A stretch of DNA of 64,000 bases. Origin: an uncultured bacterium (lineage in GTDB: Bacteria; Oederibacteriota; Oederibacteriia; Oederibacteriales; Oederibacteriaceae). Of the stretch, positions 48,598-58,471 are shown in pieces. Positions within the stretch are counted from its first letter, which is position 1. Every line of letters starts with the position of its first letter. The stretch covers positions 992,001-1,056,000 of the forward strand of contig OZ218778.1 in NCBI GenBank assembly GCA_965112635.1, read 5' to 3'. Below the pieces are notes generated by a model. That model did not search any database and was not told where the DNA came from. It saw nothing but the letters and a program-made list of their open reading frames with translations. A program made the position numbers and the translations under genes.

Positions 48598-49929
48598 ATG
48601 AAGAACCGTTGTCGTTATCTTGCCCTTGTTTTGCTCGCTTTGTTCCTGTTCCTGCCGGTTTTGGGCCTGGCTGACCAGGCCCCTGCGTCCCCGCCAAAAG
48701 TCGATTCCGGAGACACGGCCTGGGTCTTGGTTTCAGCCGGTCTGGTGCTTTTGATGACCCCCGGACTGGCCTTTTTTTACGGCGGACTGGTCCGCAGGAA
48801 AAATGTCCTGTCCATCCTGATGCAATGTTTCATGGCCATGTGTTTGATCACCCTGCAATGGGTCATCTTCGGTTACTCCCTGGCCTTCGGCCCGGGCAAC
48901 CATTCTTTCCTGGGCAACCTGGAGTGGTCCTTCCTCAACGGTGTGGGGCTTACCCCAAATCCAGACTACGCGGCCACGGTGCCGCATCAGGCATTCATGA
49001 TCTTCCAGGCCATGTTCGCCATCATCACACCGGCCCTGGTCCTGGGCGCTTTCGCGGAGAGGATGAAGTTCTCCGCCTACTGCCTATTCCTGCTGTTATG
49101 GGCAACGTTCGTTTACGATCCGGTGTGCCACTGGGTCTGGGGCATGGGAGGTTTCCTCAAGAACGCGGGTGTCCTCGATTTTGCCGGAGGCACGGTCGTC
49201 CATATCAACGCCGGTATCGCGGCCCTAGCCGCCGCGCTGGTCATGGGCCGCAGGCTGGGGTATCCCTCCAAGATCTCGCCGCCGCACAACCTGCCCTTTG
49301 CCGTCCTGGGCGCGGGGCTGCTGTGGGTGGGCTGGTTCGGTTTCAACGCCGGCAGCGCGCTGTGTTCCGGCGGTCTGGCGACCAACGCCCTAGTGGTGAC
49401 CCATGTGGCCACGGCCATGGCCGGCCTGACCTGGTCCCTGTTGGACAAGGTCTTTAACGGCAAACCCACCCTGCTCGGCATGATCACCGGCGCGGTGGCC
49501 GGACTAGTGGCCATCACCCCGGCGGCGGGTTTTGTGGATGTCAAAGGCGCCATGATGATCGGCTTGGGCGTCAGTATTATCTGCTATTTCTTTGTAGCTG
49601 TCGTGAAGGCTAAATTCGGCTACGACGATTCCCTGGACGCCTTTGGGGTACACGGCATCGGCGGGATGTGGGGAGCGATCGCGACCGGGTTATGGGCCAC
49701 CAAGGCGGTCAATCCTGGGGGAGCCGACGGATTGTTTTACGGCAACCCGGCTCAATTTCTGATCCAAGCCAAGTCCGCCCTCATCGTGGCCTTGTATTCC
49801 TTTGTGGTTTCCCTGGTCCTCTTCAAGCTCATTGATGCGGTGGTGGGTCTGAGGGTCGGTTCAGACGCGGAACGGATCGGTTTGGATCTGAGCGAACACC
49901 GCGAGGCAGGATACACGGTGTTGGAATAG
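48598..49929 (+). CDS. amtB: Ammonium transporter, paralogue 2
   Basis: Same motifs as amt1; start moved to ATG 48598 (AGGAGG RBS, homologous to the amt1 start). Confidence 0.95.
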   Translation: MKNRCRYLALVLLALFLFLPVLGLADQAPASPPKVDSGDTAWVLVSAGLVLLMTPGLAFFYGGLVRRKNVLSILMQCFMAMCLITLQWVIFGYSLAFGPGNHSFLGNLEWSFLNGVGLTPNPDYAATVPHQAFMIFQAMFAIITPALVLGAFAERMKFSAYCLFLLLWATFVYDPVCHWVWGMGGFLKNAGVLDFAGGTVVHINAGIAALAAALVMGRRLGYPSKISPPHNLPFAVLGAGLLWVGWFGFNAGSALCSGGLATNALVVTHVATAMAGLTWSLLDKVFNGKPTLLGMITGAVAGLVAITPAAGFVDVKGAMMIGLGVSIICYFFVAVVKAKFGYDDSLDAFGVHGIGGMWGAIATGLWATKAVNPGGADGLFYGNPAQFLIQAKSALIVALYSFVVSLVLFKLIDAVVGLRVGSDAERIGLDLSEHREAGYTVLE

Positions 49930-49940
49930 GTTTTTGAAAA

Positions 49941-49976
49941 ACGGCGGGATGGGGGAGACCTTGTCCCGCCGTTGTT
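49941..49976 (+). terminator. Putative terminator hairpin
   Basis: ACGGCGGGA...TCCCGCCGT followed by TGTTGT. Confidence 0.55.
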
Positions 49977-50046
49977 GTCCTTGTATTCTTCCCGCAGTCT
50001 GGCATCATTAAAGGAAAGATTTTAGACCCGGGATACAAGGAAGGTT

Positions 50047-50727
50047 ATGGCCAAGATCAAAGCAGACCTGCATGTGCATACCAAGTACTCTTTTGACGCC
50101 CTAACCTCGCTCCGGGCGATGATAAAATCGTGCTTAAAAAAAGGGATCCACTGCATCGCGGTGACCGACCATAACGAGATCGAGGGGGCCCTTTTACTCA
50201 AGAAAATGGCCCCTTTTAAGGTCATTGTGGGCGAGGAGATCCGGACCAAAGAGGGCGAGATTATCGGCCTTTTCCTGAAAAAAAGGATCCCGGCTTTCCT
50301 TTCACCATTAGAAACCATCCGGCGCATCCGGGCCCAGGGAGGCCTGGTCTACCTGCCGCACCCTTTCCTCAAGATCGCGCGCTGCAAGCTCCGCCGGGAC
50401 ACGGCCTACCGGCTGGGCAGGGAGTTCGACATCGTGGAAGGTTATAACGCCCGCAACCTGGTCAGGAAGGACGACCGCAGGGCCCAGGTTTTCGCCGAAC
50501 GGTTCAAGGCCGCGGTAGGGGCCGGTTCGGACGCCCACTCCAGGTTCGAGATAGGCCGCGCCTACGTACTGATAGATGATTTCCGAAGCCCCCAGCAGTT
50601 CCTGAGGAACTTGCGGAAGGGAATTATCATTGGACGCAAAACATCCCTGGTGTATCCTTTATTCAGCCTAGCTGTCCGCCAGACCAACCGGCGCCGGCGC
50701 AGGCACAGCTACCGAGGGGAGGATTGA
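50047..50727 (+). CDS. PHP-domain metal-dependent phosphoesterase
   Basis: DLHVHT.YS.D, VTDHN, GEEI, PHPF and GSDAH. Confidence 0.9.
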   Translation: MAKIKADLHVHTKYSFDALTSLRAMIKSCLKKGIHCIAVTDHNEIEGALLLKKMAPFKVIVGEEIRTKEGEIIGLFLKKRIPAFLSPLETIRRIRAQGGLVYLPHPFLKIARCKLRRDTAYRLGREFDIVEGYNARNLVRKDDRRAQVFAERFKAAVGAGSDAHSRFEIGRAYVLIDDFRSPQQFLRNLRKGIIIGRKTSLVYPLFSLAVRQTNRRRRRHSYRGED

Positions 50728-52868
50728 GCGTGGTCAAAACAACCAAGGCCGTCAAACTGGCCAAACCGGTAGCCGCCGAACCGATAGAACAGCGTTCCAT
50801 GGAAAACTCCGGACGCCTCAGAAAATTCAAAACCTTTTTGAAGGTCCTGGCGGGGCTCGGCCTGGTGGCGGCTTTGGGGGTAGCGGGACTGCGGTTCGTG
50901 GCCGAGGCCAGGTTCAAACAAGCCGAGGTGGCCCTGGACTACAGCGCCTGGAAACAGGTCTGGGAGAGCGAGGGGCTGGCCGACAGCCAGGCCCTGCAGC
51001 AGCTCAAGGCCTGCGGGGCGACCACCGTTGTCCTCAGGGAAGAGACCTTGCAGGGCCTGAGCCAGGAAGGCAAGGCCTCGTATTTTACCAAAGAGGAGAT
51101 CCTCAACCGCGAGAGGTATGACGCCGAGGCTTTTGCCGAGATCCGTTCCATCCTGCCCCCGGATTTTTTAGACCAACCCGAGCCGCAGACCCTGGCCTTG
51201 TTTTCGGACGCCAGGCTGGCCCAGAGTTCTTTTGACCAGCTCACTTCCAAACTGGGCACTATGCCGGACCAGGCTGCCAAACCGCAGATCTTCCTGCATC
51301 CCCTGAAGGACGAGGCTGTGCTGGCCATACCCGGCAAGTCCCAGGGCTCTTTTTCCAAACCATTCTCTGCCAAGCGCGGACGGTTCATCAGTTTTGGGAT
51401 GGAGCCGGCCGAGACCGGGCTGGGCGTTTCACCGGAAAAGTGGCAGGCCTGCAGCGGAGCCGGGCTCAGCCCCGCGGTCGTCCTGACCAACTACCCTAGT
51501 GTGACCGCGGAATCCATCGCCTACACTTTCAGCCACCTAGCTGGGGCACCCTCTTTTGTCGTGCTCGGCGGAGAACAGGTTTTGGGCTGGCCGGGGTTTA
51601 TAGGTGCAGCCAGGGAAGCGGTGCAAAAGTCCGGCCTCAGACTGGGCGTGATGGAGTTTGCTGAGCCGCAGGGCCAGAAACAGCTCCTCGCCGACCCGGG
51701 TTTGATCTCCAGCGTGGTCAGGATACACACCATCCCGGCCCTGGAAATGGAGCCGCTCAACTGGGACAAGGCCATCAGCCGGTATTTGAGAGCGGTCAAG
51801 GAAAGGAACGTCCGTGTCCTTTTGGTCAGCCCTCTCTGGAACATCCCGGGGAGCCTGTGGAAAGAAAATATCAGCGGTTTGACCCGGCTCAACGAGGTGC
51901 TCAAGAGCCAGGGCTTCCCAGTGGGGACGCCCGTGCCGGTCATGCAGTTCCACGATATCAAGGCGCTGAGATTCTTGTGTGGGCTGGCTATCCTGGCCTG
52001 CGTATGGCTGTTCCTTTTAGAGGTGTGGCCCAGTTGTTTGTCTGAAAAAACCTGGGAAACGGTTTTTGGCGCTGCGGTTGTCTTGTGGCTGGCCTGTTTT
52101 TTCATCGCTAAAGACCTTTCCGCAGGACTTTTGCTGGGGCTTTTGGCTTGTGTGGTTTTCCCGGTTTACGGCCTGCGCCAGGCGTTTAGCGAGCCCCTTC
52201 CAGGCCAAAAACCTTTTTGGCAGGAGGGTTTAATTTGTCTTTTAAAAACAACGGGAATCACGCTTTTGGGCGTCTTGCTGGTGGTTGGGGTGGCCAGCAC
52301 CGGACAGACCCTGCTGGCCATCAGGGAGTTCAGGGGTATCAAACTGGCGATGGGTCTGCCGTTCATCCTCCTGGCCCTGCTGCTCTACAAGAAGGACCTC
52401 CTGCTGCTTAAACGGCTCAAGAGCCCCGTGACCCTCGCCCAGCTGGTCGGCATCCTCGTCGGCGCGGCGGTTTTGGGCGCGGCAGCCGTGGTCCTGCTGG
52501 CCCGGTCGGGCAACAATCCGGTCGTGGCGGCCAGCAGTGGTTTGGAAGACCGCCTGCGCCTCATCCTGGAAAAGCTTCTGGTGGCCCGGCCGCGCACCAA
52601 GGAGTTTTTGGTCGGGTATCCCTTGTTCTGGCTGGCCCTAGTCTGGGTCAAGGATAAATGGCTGGTCAAAGAGCACTGGTTCTTTATGGTCCTGGTCCTG
52701 GGCGCCTTGGTCAGCCAGGTTTCGCTCATCAACACCTTTTGCCATTTCCACACGCCCTTGTTGTTCTCGCTGCTGCGGTGTTTCCATGGGTTGTGGCTCG
52801 GCAGCCTGGTCGGTCTCATACTGGTGAAGATCATCTCTTATTTAAAGAAGCGGGAGATCATTGGCTAA
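50724..52868 (+). CDS. DUF5693-family membrane protein
   Basis: RAVKERNVR, FRGIKL, RSGN, RPRTKEFL.GYP and INTFCHFHTP motifs; upstream of csaB. Confidence 0.78.
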   Translation: MSVVKTTKAVKLAKPVAAEPIEQRSMENSGRLRKFKTFLKVLAGLGLVAALGVAGLRFVAEARFKQAEVALDYSAWKQVWESEGLADSQALQQLKACGATTVVLREETLQGLSQEGKASYFTKEEILNRERYDAEAFAEIRSILPPDFLDQPEPQTLALFSDARLAQSSFDQLTSKLGTMPDQAAKPQIFLHPLKDEAVLAIPGKSQGSFSKPFSAKRGRFISFGMEPAETGLGVSPEKWQACSGAGLSPAVVLTNYPSVTAESIAYTFSHLAGAPSFVVLGGEQVLGWPGFIGAAREAVQKSGLRLGVMEFAEPQGQKQLLADPGLISSVVRIHTIPALEMEPLNWDKAISRYLRAVKERNVRVLLVSPLWNIPGSLWKENISGLTRLNEVLKSQGFPVGTPVPVMQFHDIKALRFLCGLAILACVWLFLLEVWPSCLSEKTWETVFGAAVVLWLACFFIAKDLSAGLLLGLLACVVFPVYGLRQAFSEPLPGQKPFWQEGLICLLKTTGITLLGVLLVVGVASTGQTLLAIREFRGIKLAMGLPFILLALLLYKKDLLLLKRLKSPVTLAQLVGILVGAAVLGAAAVVLLARSGNNPVVAASSGLEDRLRLILEKLLVARPRTKEFLVGYPLFWLALVWVKDKWLVKEHWFFMVLVLGALVSQVSLINTFCHFHTPLLFSLLRCFHGLWLGSLVGLILVKIISYLKKREIIG

Positions 52869-53928
52869 AGCTGTTGCGTCGGGTTATTACGGTTACGGGA
52901 ATTTAGGGGACGAACTGATCCTGCGGGGACTGGTGAGCGAGCTAAAAAGGCTGGACCCGCAAGGCCAGGTCACGGTCCTGTCCGCCAGCCCGCGGCAAAC
53001 GCGGCGCGATCACGGGGTCAAGGCGGTTTTTCGCTGGAATCCTTTCACCATATTCTGGGCCATCCTGACCTGCGATGTTTTTATCAGCGGCGGGGGAGGG
53101 CTCATCCAGGACAGTTCCGGGCCTCTTACTCCCGCCTATTACCTCAGCTTCATCCTCCTGGCCAAGATGCTGGGCAAAAAAACCGTCGGCTGGGGCCAGA
53201 GTGTGGGGCCGATTACCAACGGGTTTAACCGCTGGCTCACTTCGTGGATATTCAGGAAGACCGACCTGTTCATGGTCAGGGACGAGTTTTCCTACCAATT
53301 CATGCTGGAGCAAGCGGGCTATCCCAAAGCAAAACTGGTTTTAGGCGCCGACCTGGTCTTTTCTCTCCCTCTGCCGGGTCCCAGCGGGCCCAAATCCCTC
53401 GGGCCGGGCTATATCGCGGTGGTTTTGAGGGACGGCCTCACCAAGGTGGATCAGCCCGTGCTCTGCGACCTGCTGGCGCAAATACACCGCAGGACCAAAC
53501 TCAACTTTACTTTTCTTTCCCTGCAGGATGACCGCGACTTTAAGGTTATCCAGGATATCCGGGACAATCTCATCGCCCCTTCGGCCATCCGGCTACCTCC
53601 GGCTGACCTGAGCCTGCTCCTGCCCATCTTCAGCAGGGCCAAATTCGTCCTGTCCATGCGCTACCATGCCCTGATCCTGGCGGCCCTGGCCCAGACGCCC
53701 TCGGCGGCCCTGAGCTCCAACCCCAAGATAAATTCTTTTGTGGCCGGGTTCGGCCAGCTCACTTTTTGCGCGGACGGCATGCTGGACAGGGAAGGGTCTT
53801 TGGGGGTCTTTAACAAGTTGTGGAGGCACCAGGACAAGCTCAAACAGAGTCTGGCCAAAGGACAACGGCAGTGTTTGGGGCGCCTCAAGACGGCGGAAAC
53901 AAGGCTTAAGGGGCTGCTCCGGGCTTGA
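52861..53928 (+). CDS. csaB: Polysaccharide pyruvyl transferase
   Basis: SGYYG.GN.GDE, ISGGGGLIQD, GQSVGP, VRD..S and MRYH. Confidence 0.88.
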   Translation: MAKAVASGYYGYGNLGDELILRGLVSELKRLDPQGQVTVLSASPRQTRRDHGVKAVFRWNPFTIFWAILTCDVFISGGGGLIQDSSGPLTPAYYLSFILLAKMLGKKTVGWGQSVGPITNGFNRWLTSWIFRKTDLFMVRDEFSYQFMLEQAGYPKAKLVLGADLVFSLPLPGPSGPKSLGPGYIAVVLRDGLTKVDQPVLCDLLAQIHRRTKLNFTFLSLQDDRDFKVIQDIRDNLIAPSAIRLPPADLSLLLPIFSRAKFVLSMRYHALILAALAQTPSAALSSNPKINSFVAGFGQLTFCADGMLDREGSLGVFNKLWRHQDKLKQSLAKGQRQCLGRLKTAETRLKGLLRA

Positions 53929-54013
53929 GGTAAGGAAAGCCGGGTGTTTTTTTGACATTGGGTCGGGCTTTGCTAGAATTACCTGATATTTCAAAAGAAC
54001 AAAGGGAGAATAG

Positions 54014-54721
54014 ATGATCGAGTGCGAGAATGTTTTTAAATCCTATTTGGCCGAAGTGCCCGTGCTGGCCGGCGTTTCCTTCACGGTCCAGGAAAAAGAG
54101 TTCGCCTACCTGGTGGGCCCCAGCGGTTCGGGCAAGACCACTCTTTTAAAGCTTTTTTACGCCGAAGAAAAACCCACCGGCGGCAGCCTTTACATCAACG
54201 GCCAGGCTCTGGACAAGCTCAAACCCGGGGAAATACCCTATTTCAGGCAAAAAGTGGGACTGATGTTCCAGGACCTTAAACTCTTTGAGTCCAGGACCGT
54301 GTGGGAAAACGTGAGTTTTCCCCTGCATATCCAGGGGCTTTCTCGCAGACAGCTCAGGGAGCAGGTCCAGAACGTCCTGTCCGTGGTGGAAATGGAAAAA
54401 AAGCCGGACCTCAAGGTCCAGCTCCTTTCCTCGGCGGAGAGGACCAGGGTCGCCCTGGCCCGCGCCATGGTGCGCCGGCCCAGCTGTCTTTTGGCGGACG
54501 AGCCTTTTGCCAGCCTTACCAAAGCGGGGGCCCAGGAAGTGAACGAGCTTTTCAGGCGGGCCAACACCATGGGAACCACGGTGCTCATCGCCACGAGGGA
54601 CCAAAAACTGGCCGAGAGCAACGGCCAGAGGGTCATCTACCTGCAGGACGGGGCGGCCCATTACCAGGACCCGGCCTTGGCGGCGGCCCAGGCCAAGGAG
54701 GCGGACGATGCGAAGAAATAA
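54014..54721 (+). CDS. ftsE: Cell-division ABC ATPase FtsE (divergent motifs)
   Basis: GPSGSGKTT, IPYFRQKVG..FQD and LADEP; followed by ftsX. Confidence 0.85.
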   Translation: MIECENVFKSYLAEVPVLAGVSFTVQEKEFAYLVGPSGSGKTTLLKLFYAEEKPTGGSLYINGQALDKLKPGEIPYFRQKVGLMFQDLKLFESRTVWENVSFPLHIQGLSRRQLREQVQNVLSVVEMEKKPDLKVQLLSSAERTRVALARAMVRRPSCLLADEPFASLTKAGAQEVNELFRRANTMGTTVLIATRDQKLAESNGQRVIYLQDGAAHYQDPALAAAQAKEADDAKK

Positions 54722-55613
54722 GGTCCTGTTCTTTTTCGAGGAGTCCGTGGCCTCGCTCAGGCGCAGCGGGCTCTTGGGCGTGGCCAGCATCGGGGTCATG
54801 ACCATGGCGCTCTTCGCGTTCGGGATATTTTTCATCGTGCACGGCAACGTGTATTCCATGATGAAAGGACTCAAGGAAAAGATAGAGGTCGTGGCGTTCC
54901 TCAGGGAGGGGGCTACGGAGGACAAGATCCAGCAGCTCAAGGTGATGATCTCGGCCCGGGAAGGGGTCAAGGTCGTCAACTATGTTTCCAAGGCCCAGGC
55001 CTATGAGGACTTTTCCAAGGACCCGGAGATGAAGGTCCTGCTGGAAGCCACGGCGGGCAACCCCCTGCCGGCCTCCTATGTGATGCAGCTCACCGAGGAT
55101 TTCACGGACCCGGCCAAGATCAAGGGCCTGGTCGCCTGGCTTTCCAAACAACCGCTCATCGAGGAGGTCAGCTTCGGCCAGACCGAAGTGGAACGCCTGC
55201 TCAACCTGATGCGGGTCCTGAGGTTTTTAGGGTTCGCCTTTGCCATCGGCCTGGGGATTGGGGCCATCTTTATGGTCTTTTCCACCATCCGGCTGACCAT
55301 CTACGCCCGCCGGGACGAGGTCGAGATCATGCGGCTCCTGGGCGCCACACCCTGGTTCATGCGGGGGCCTTTTATCGCGGAAGGGGTTTTGCAGGGACTG
55401 GTGGCGGCCCTGGCCAGCGTGTGCCTGCTCTACCTGGTCAAGGCCGTGATATCGATTTTCATCATGAGCCAGATCGGCGTGTCCTTCAACGAGATGTTTC
55501 CCATTGCCGCGGATTACCTGTCCTGGTCGCTTTTTCTGGAGATATTGGTCCTGGGTATAGGCCTGGGCGGAGCGGGCAGTTTCATGGGCGTGCACGGATT
55601 CTTGAAAAAATGA
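54708..55613 (+). CDS. ftsX: Cell-division permease FtsX
   Basis: NPLP, TIRLTIYARR.EVEIM.LLGAT..F...PF..EG. Confidence 0.92.
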   Translation: MRRNKVLFFFEESVASLRRSGLLGVASIGVMTMALFAFGIFFIVHGNVYSMMKGLKEKIEVVAFLREGATEDKIQQLKVMISAREGVKVVNYVSKAQAYEDFSKDPEMKVLLEATAGNPLPASYVMQLTEDFTDPAKIKGLVAWLSKQPLIEEVSFGQTEVERLLNLMRVLRFLGFAFAIGLGIGAIFMVFSTIRLTIYARRDEVEIMRLLGATPWFMRGPFIAEGVLQGLVAALASVCLLYLVKAVISIFIMSQIGVSFNEMFPIAADYLSWSLFLEILVLGIGLGGAGSFMGVHGFLKK

Positions 55614-56800
55614 AGCGCGTCAAAGCGGTTTTAGCCGGTGGCCTAGTCCTGCTCTTGGGCTCGGCCGTCCTTTTCGCCGAATCAGACCTTTCCAAGGTCA
55701 TCCGCGAAAAGGGCCAAAAACAGGCCCAGCTGGAAAACCTCAACAAGCAGATCAAGGACGTCCAGAAACGCAAGCAAAAGGTCCTCAAGGAGGAGCAAAA
55801 GGTATTTAGTGACCTTGAGGAGATAGACCTCAGGATGGCTTTCATCAACCAGGAGCTGTCCATCACCCGCGGCCAGATCAACGAGGCCCACGACAAGATC
55901 ATTCAGCTCAGGCAGCAGTTGACCGAAGCTCAGCAGGCCGAAATCAGGAACACCTTCCTCCTGAACCAGAACGTGCGGCTCATCTACAAGCAGGGCCGCT
56001 ACGGCATCACCCGGTTCCTTTTTTCCTCCCAGGATTTTTACACCTTTTTAAAGCGCTTGAAGTTCATGCGGATGATCGCCCGGCAGAACGGCGAGCTGCT
56101 AAAAAGGCTCAAGGACGAACAGTTCAGCGTGGCCTCCATGATCCAGGAGCTCAAGGTCAAGAAAGGCAGCGAGCTGGTGCTGGCCAAGCAGACCCGGGCC
56201 AAGGAAGCGGAACTCAAAGCCCAAAAAAAGAGCAGGAGCGCTTTATTAAAGAAGCTCAAAAAGCGGGAGAACTACTACACCAGCTGGACCAAAGACCAGG
56301 CCAAGGCGGCCAGCAGGCTGGAAAACCTGGTCCAGGTCTACGCCAAGTCGGCCACGCGGATAGAAAAGGAGAAGAAGCTGGCCCAGCTTTCCTTCAAACA
56401 GCGCAAGGGAGGCCTGGCCTGGCCGGTCAGCGGCAGGCTGCTGAGCCGTTTCGGCAAGGTGCATCTGGCGGAATACAAGACCTATGAGAACAACCGGGGC
56501 ATTGAGATAGGCGCCCGGGAGGGTGCTTCCGTGGAGACCGTAGGGCGGGGGACGGTGTGGTACGCGGCCTGGCTGGAGGGCTATGGCAACACGGTCATCG
56601 TGGACCACGGCTCCAACCTCTATTCGCTTTACGGGCATCTGCAGGACATCTCGGTCCAGGTCAACGAAAGCCTGGACTCCAAGGCCATCGTGGGCCATGT
56701 GGGCGTGACCGGCTCTTTGAGCGACACCCCCAACCTTTATTTCGAGATCATCCAGAACGGGGAACCCAAAGATCCCATGAAGTGGCTCAGCGCAAAATAG
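55610..56800 (+). CDS. envC: Murein hydrolase activator EnvC (coiled coil + degenerate M23)
   Basis: Start ATG 55610 overlaps the ftsX stop; WPV.G, NRGIEI, YGN.VIVDHG and LYFEI. Confidence 0.85.
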   Translation: MKRVKAVLAGGLVLLLGSAVLFAESDLSKVIREKGQKQAQLENLNKQIKDVQKRKQKVLKEEQKVFSDLEEIDLRMAFINQELSITRGQINEAHDKIIQLRQQLTEAQQAEIRNTFLLNQNVRLIYKQGRYGITRFLFSSQDFYTFLKRLKFMRMIARQNGELLKRLKDEQFSVASMIQELKVKKGSELVLAKQTRAKEAELKAQKKSRSALLKKLKKRENYYTSWTKDQAKAASRLENLVQVYAKSATRIEKEKKLAQLSFKQRKGGLAWPVSGRLLSRFGKVHLAEYKTYENNRGIEIGAREGASVETVGRGTVWYAAWLEGYGNTVIVDHGSNLYSLYGHLQDISVQVNESLDSKAIVGHVGVTGSLSDTPNLYFEIIQNGEPKDPMKWLSAK

Positions 56801-56817
56801 GATATAGGGAATGATTA

Positions 56818-58428
56818 ATGAACTCGTTTGACCTTATCATCATCGGTGGCGGGATAAACGGTGCGGGCATTGCACGCGAGGCGGCGGAGCGCGGGCTCAA
56901 AGTAGCCCTTTTGGAAAAAGGGGATTTTGGAGAGGCCACGACTGCGGCGTCCACCCGGCTCATCCACGGAGGATTGCGTTACCTGGAGCATGGCGAGCTG
57001 ACCCTGGTCCGCGAAAGCCTGAAAGAAAGGGCCACGCTGCTCAAGTTGGCGCCCCATCTGGTCCGACTCATCCCCCTGGTCATTCCTATTTTCAAGGACA
57101 GGCGTTTCCCGGGTTGGAAGGTCGGCATCGGGCTCACCATGTATGATTATTTTTCCCTGGGCGACGCGGCTCCGTGGCACAGGCGGCTCTCGGTCCAGGA
57201 GCTTCTGCGGATAGAACCGTTTTTAAGAAAAGAAAGCCTGGTCTCTGGCTTTGCCTATTATGACGGGCAGGCGAGTTTCCCGGAGCGTTTGGCTTTGGAA
57301 AACATTTTGACCAGCCAGCAATACGGGGCTGTGGCCAGGAACTATTGCAAGGTCGAAGGATTTATCGAAAGCAGCGGGATTATCCAGGGCGTCCGAGGCG
57401 TGGACGTGCAGACCGGAAAACCTTTTGAAGTATTCGGGAACTGCGTCATCAACGCCACAGGCGCGTGGGTGGACCAGACCAACCGGTTGCTCAGGAAGCC
57501 GGTCCAGCCCCTGATGGGCGGGACCAAGGGAAGCCATTTGGTGGTCAAAAACAACAACCTGAAACTCAGATGCGCGGTGTATTCCCCGGCCAAACAGGAC
57601 GGACGGCCGTTCTTTGTCATTCCCTGGCAGCATTACGTGCTCGTGGGGACCACGGACCTGCGGACCGACGAGGAGCTGGACACGATGAGGGCCTCCAACC
57701 AGGAAGTGGACTATCTTTTAAAAGAGGTCAACCTGCTTTTTAACGTTAATTTAACGAAGGAAGACATCCTCTATACCTATTGCGGGGTCAGGCCTTTGCC
57801 GCAGAGCAAAAAAGCCGAGGGCGCGGTCACGCGCAAGCATTTCATCGTGGACCACGCTAACCATCTTGTTTCCATCGTGGGCGGCAAGCTCACCACCTAC
57901 CGGCATTTGGCCGAACAGGCCGTGGATAAACTGGCTCAAAAAGGCCTGGTCCAAGGGGTCATGCCAAGCAAAACCCATCTGACGCCCCTGTGGGGCAGTT
58001 CGTTCGGCGGGAAACTGGTGGACTGGAAAAAGGCCGAGAAAGAATGGCCGGAAAAGCTGAGCAGGGAATACGGCCTGGAAGCGGAGCAGGTCAAATACCT
58101 GATGCAGCTCTACGGGGCCAGGGTGGAAGAAGTCCTCCAGCCCGTTAAAAAAGACAGGAGTTTGTGCGGGCGCATCCTTCCAGACCAGCCGGATATCGCG
58201 GTCCAGGCCTTATGGGGCGTCAAACAGGAAATGGTGCGCCATTTGGAGGACTTTATGCTGAGGCGCACAGGGCTGGGACTCAAAGGCTGCCGGGATATAG
58301 AGAGCAGCCGCAGGGTAGCTGGAGTGCTGGGCCGGTTTTTATCCTGGGACGAGGCCAGGCAACAGCAGGAAGCCCAGAGTTATGTCCAAATCTTAGAGCT
58401 CAAGCACCAGGTGCCACAAAGCGTTTAG
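56818..58428 (+). CDS. glpD: FAD-dependent glycerol-3-phosphate dehydrogenase
   Basis: IGGGING.G, LIHGGLRYLE, INATG.W, KGSH and GGKLTTYR. Confidence 0.92.
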   Translation: MNSFDLIIIGGGINGAGIAREAAERGLKVALLEKGDFGEATTAASTRLIHGGLRYLEHGELTLVRESLKERATLLKLAPHLVRLIPLVIPIFKDRRFPGWKVGIGLTMYDYFSLGDAAPWHRRLSVQELLRIEPFLRKESLVSGFAYYDGQASFPERLALENILTSQQYGAVARNYCKVEGFIESSGIIQGVRGVDVQTGKPFEVFGNCVINATGAWVDQTNRLLRKPVQPLMGGTKGSHLVVKNNNLKLRCAVYSPAKQDGRPFFVIPWQHYVLVGTTDLRTDEELDTMRASNQEVDYLLKEVNLLFNVNLTKEDILYTYCGVRPLPQSKKAEGAVTRKHFIVDHANHLVSIVGGKLTTYRHLAEQAVDKLAQKGLVQGVMPSKTHLTPLWGSSFGGKLVDWKKAEKEWPEKLSREYGLEAEQVKYLMQLYGARVEEVLQPVKKDRSLCGRILPDQPDIAVQALWGVKQEMVRHLEDFMLRRTGLGLKGCRDIESSRRVAGVLGRFLSWDEARQQQEAQSYVQILELKHQVPQSV

Positions 58429-58471
58429 TCGGTGAACAAAACCAACCGTAATCGTGAGATAATGATAATCC

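Noticed and set aside
55421-55609. N-terminal extension of envC
   Set aside because: Overlaps ftsX; the signal peptide starts at 55610.
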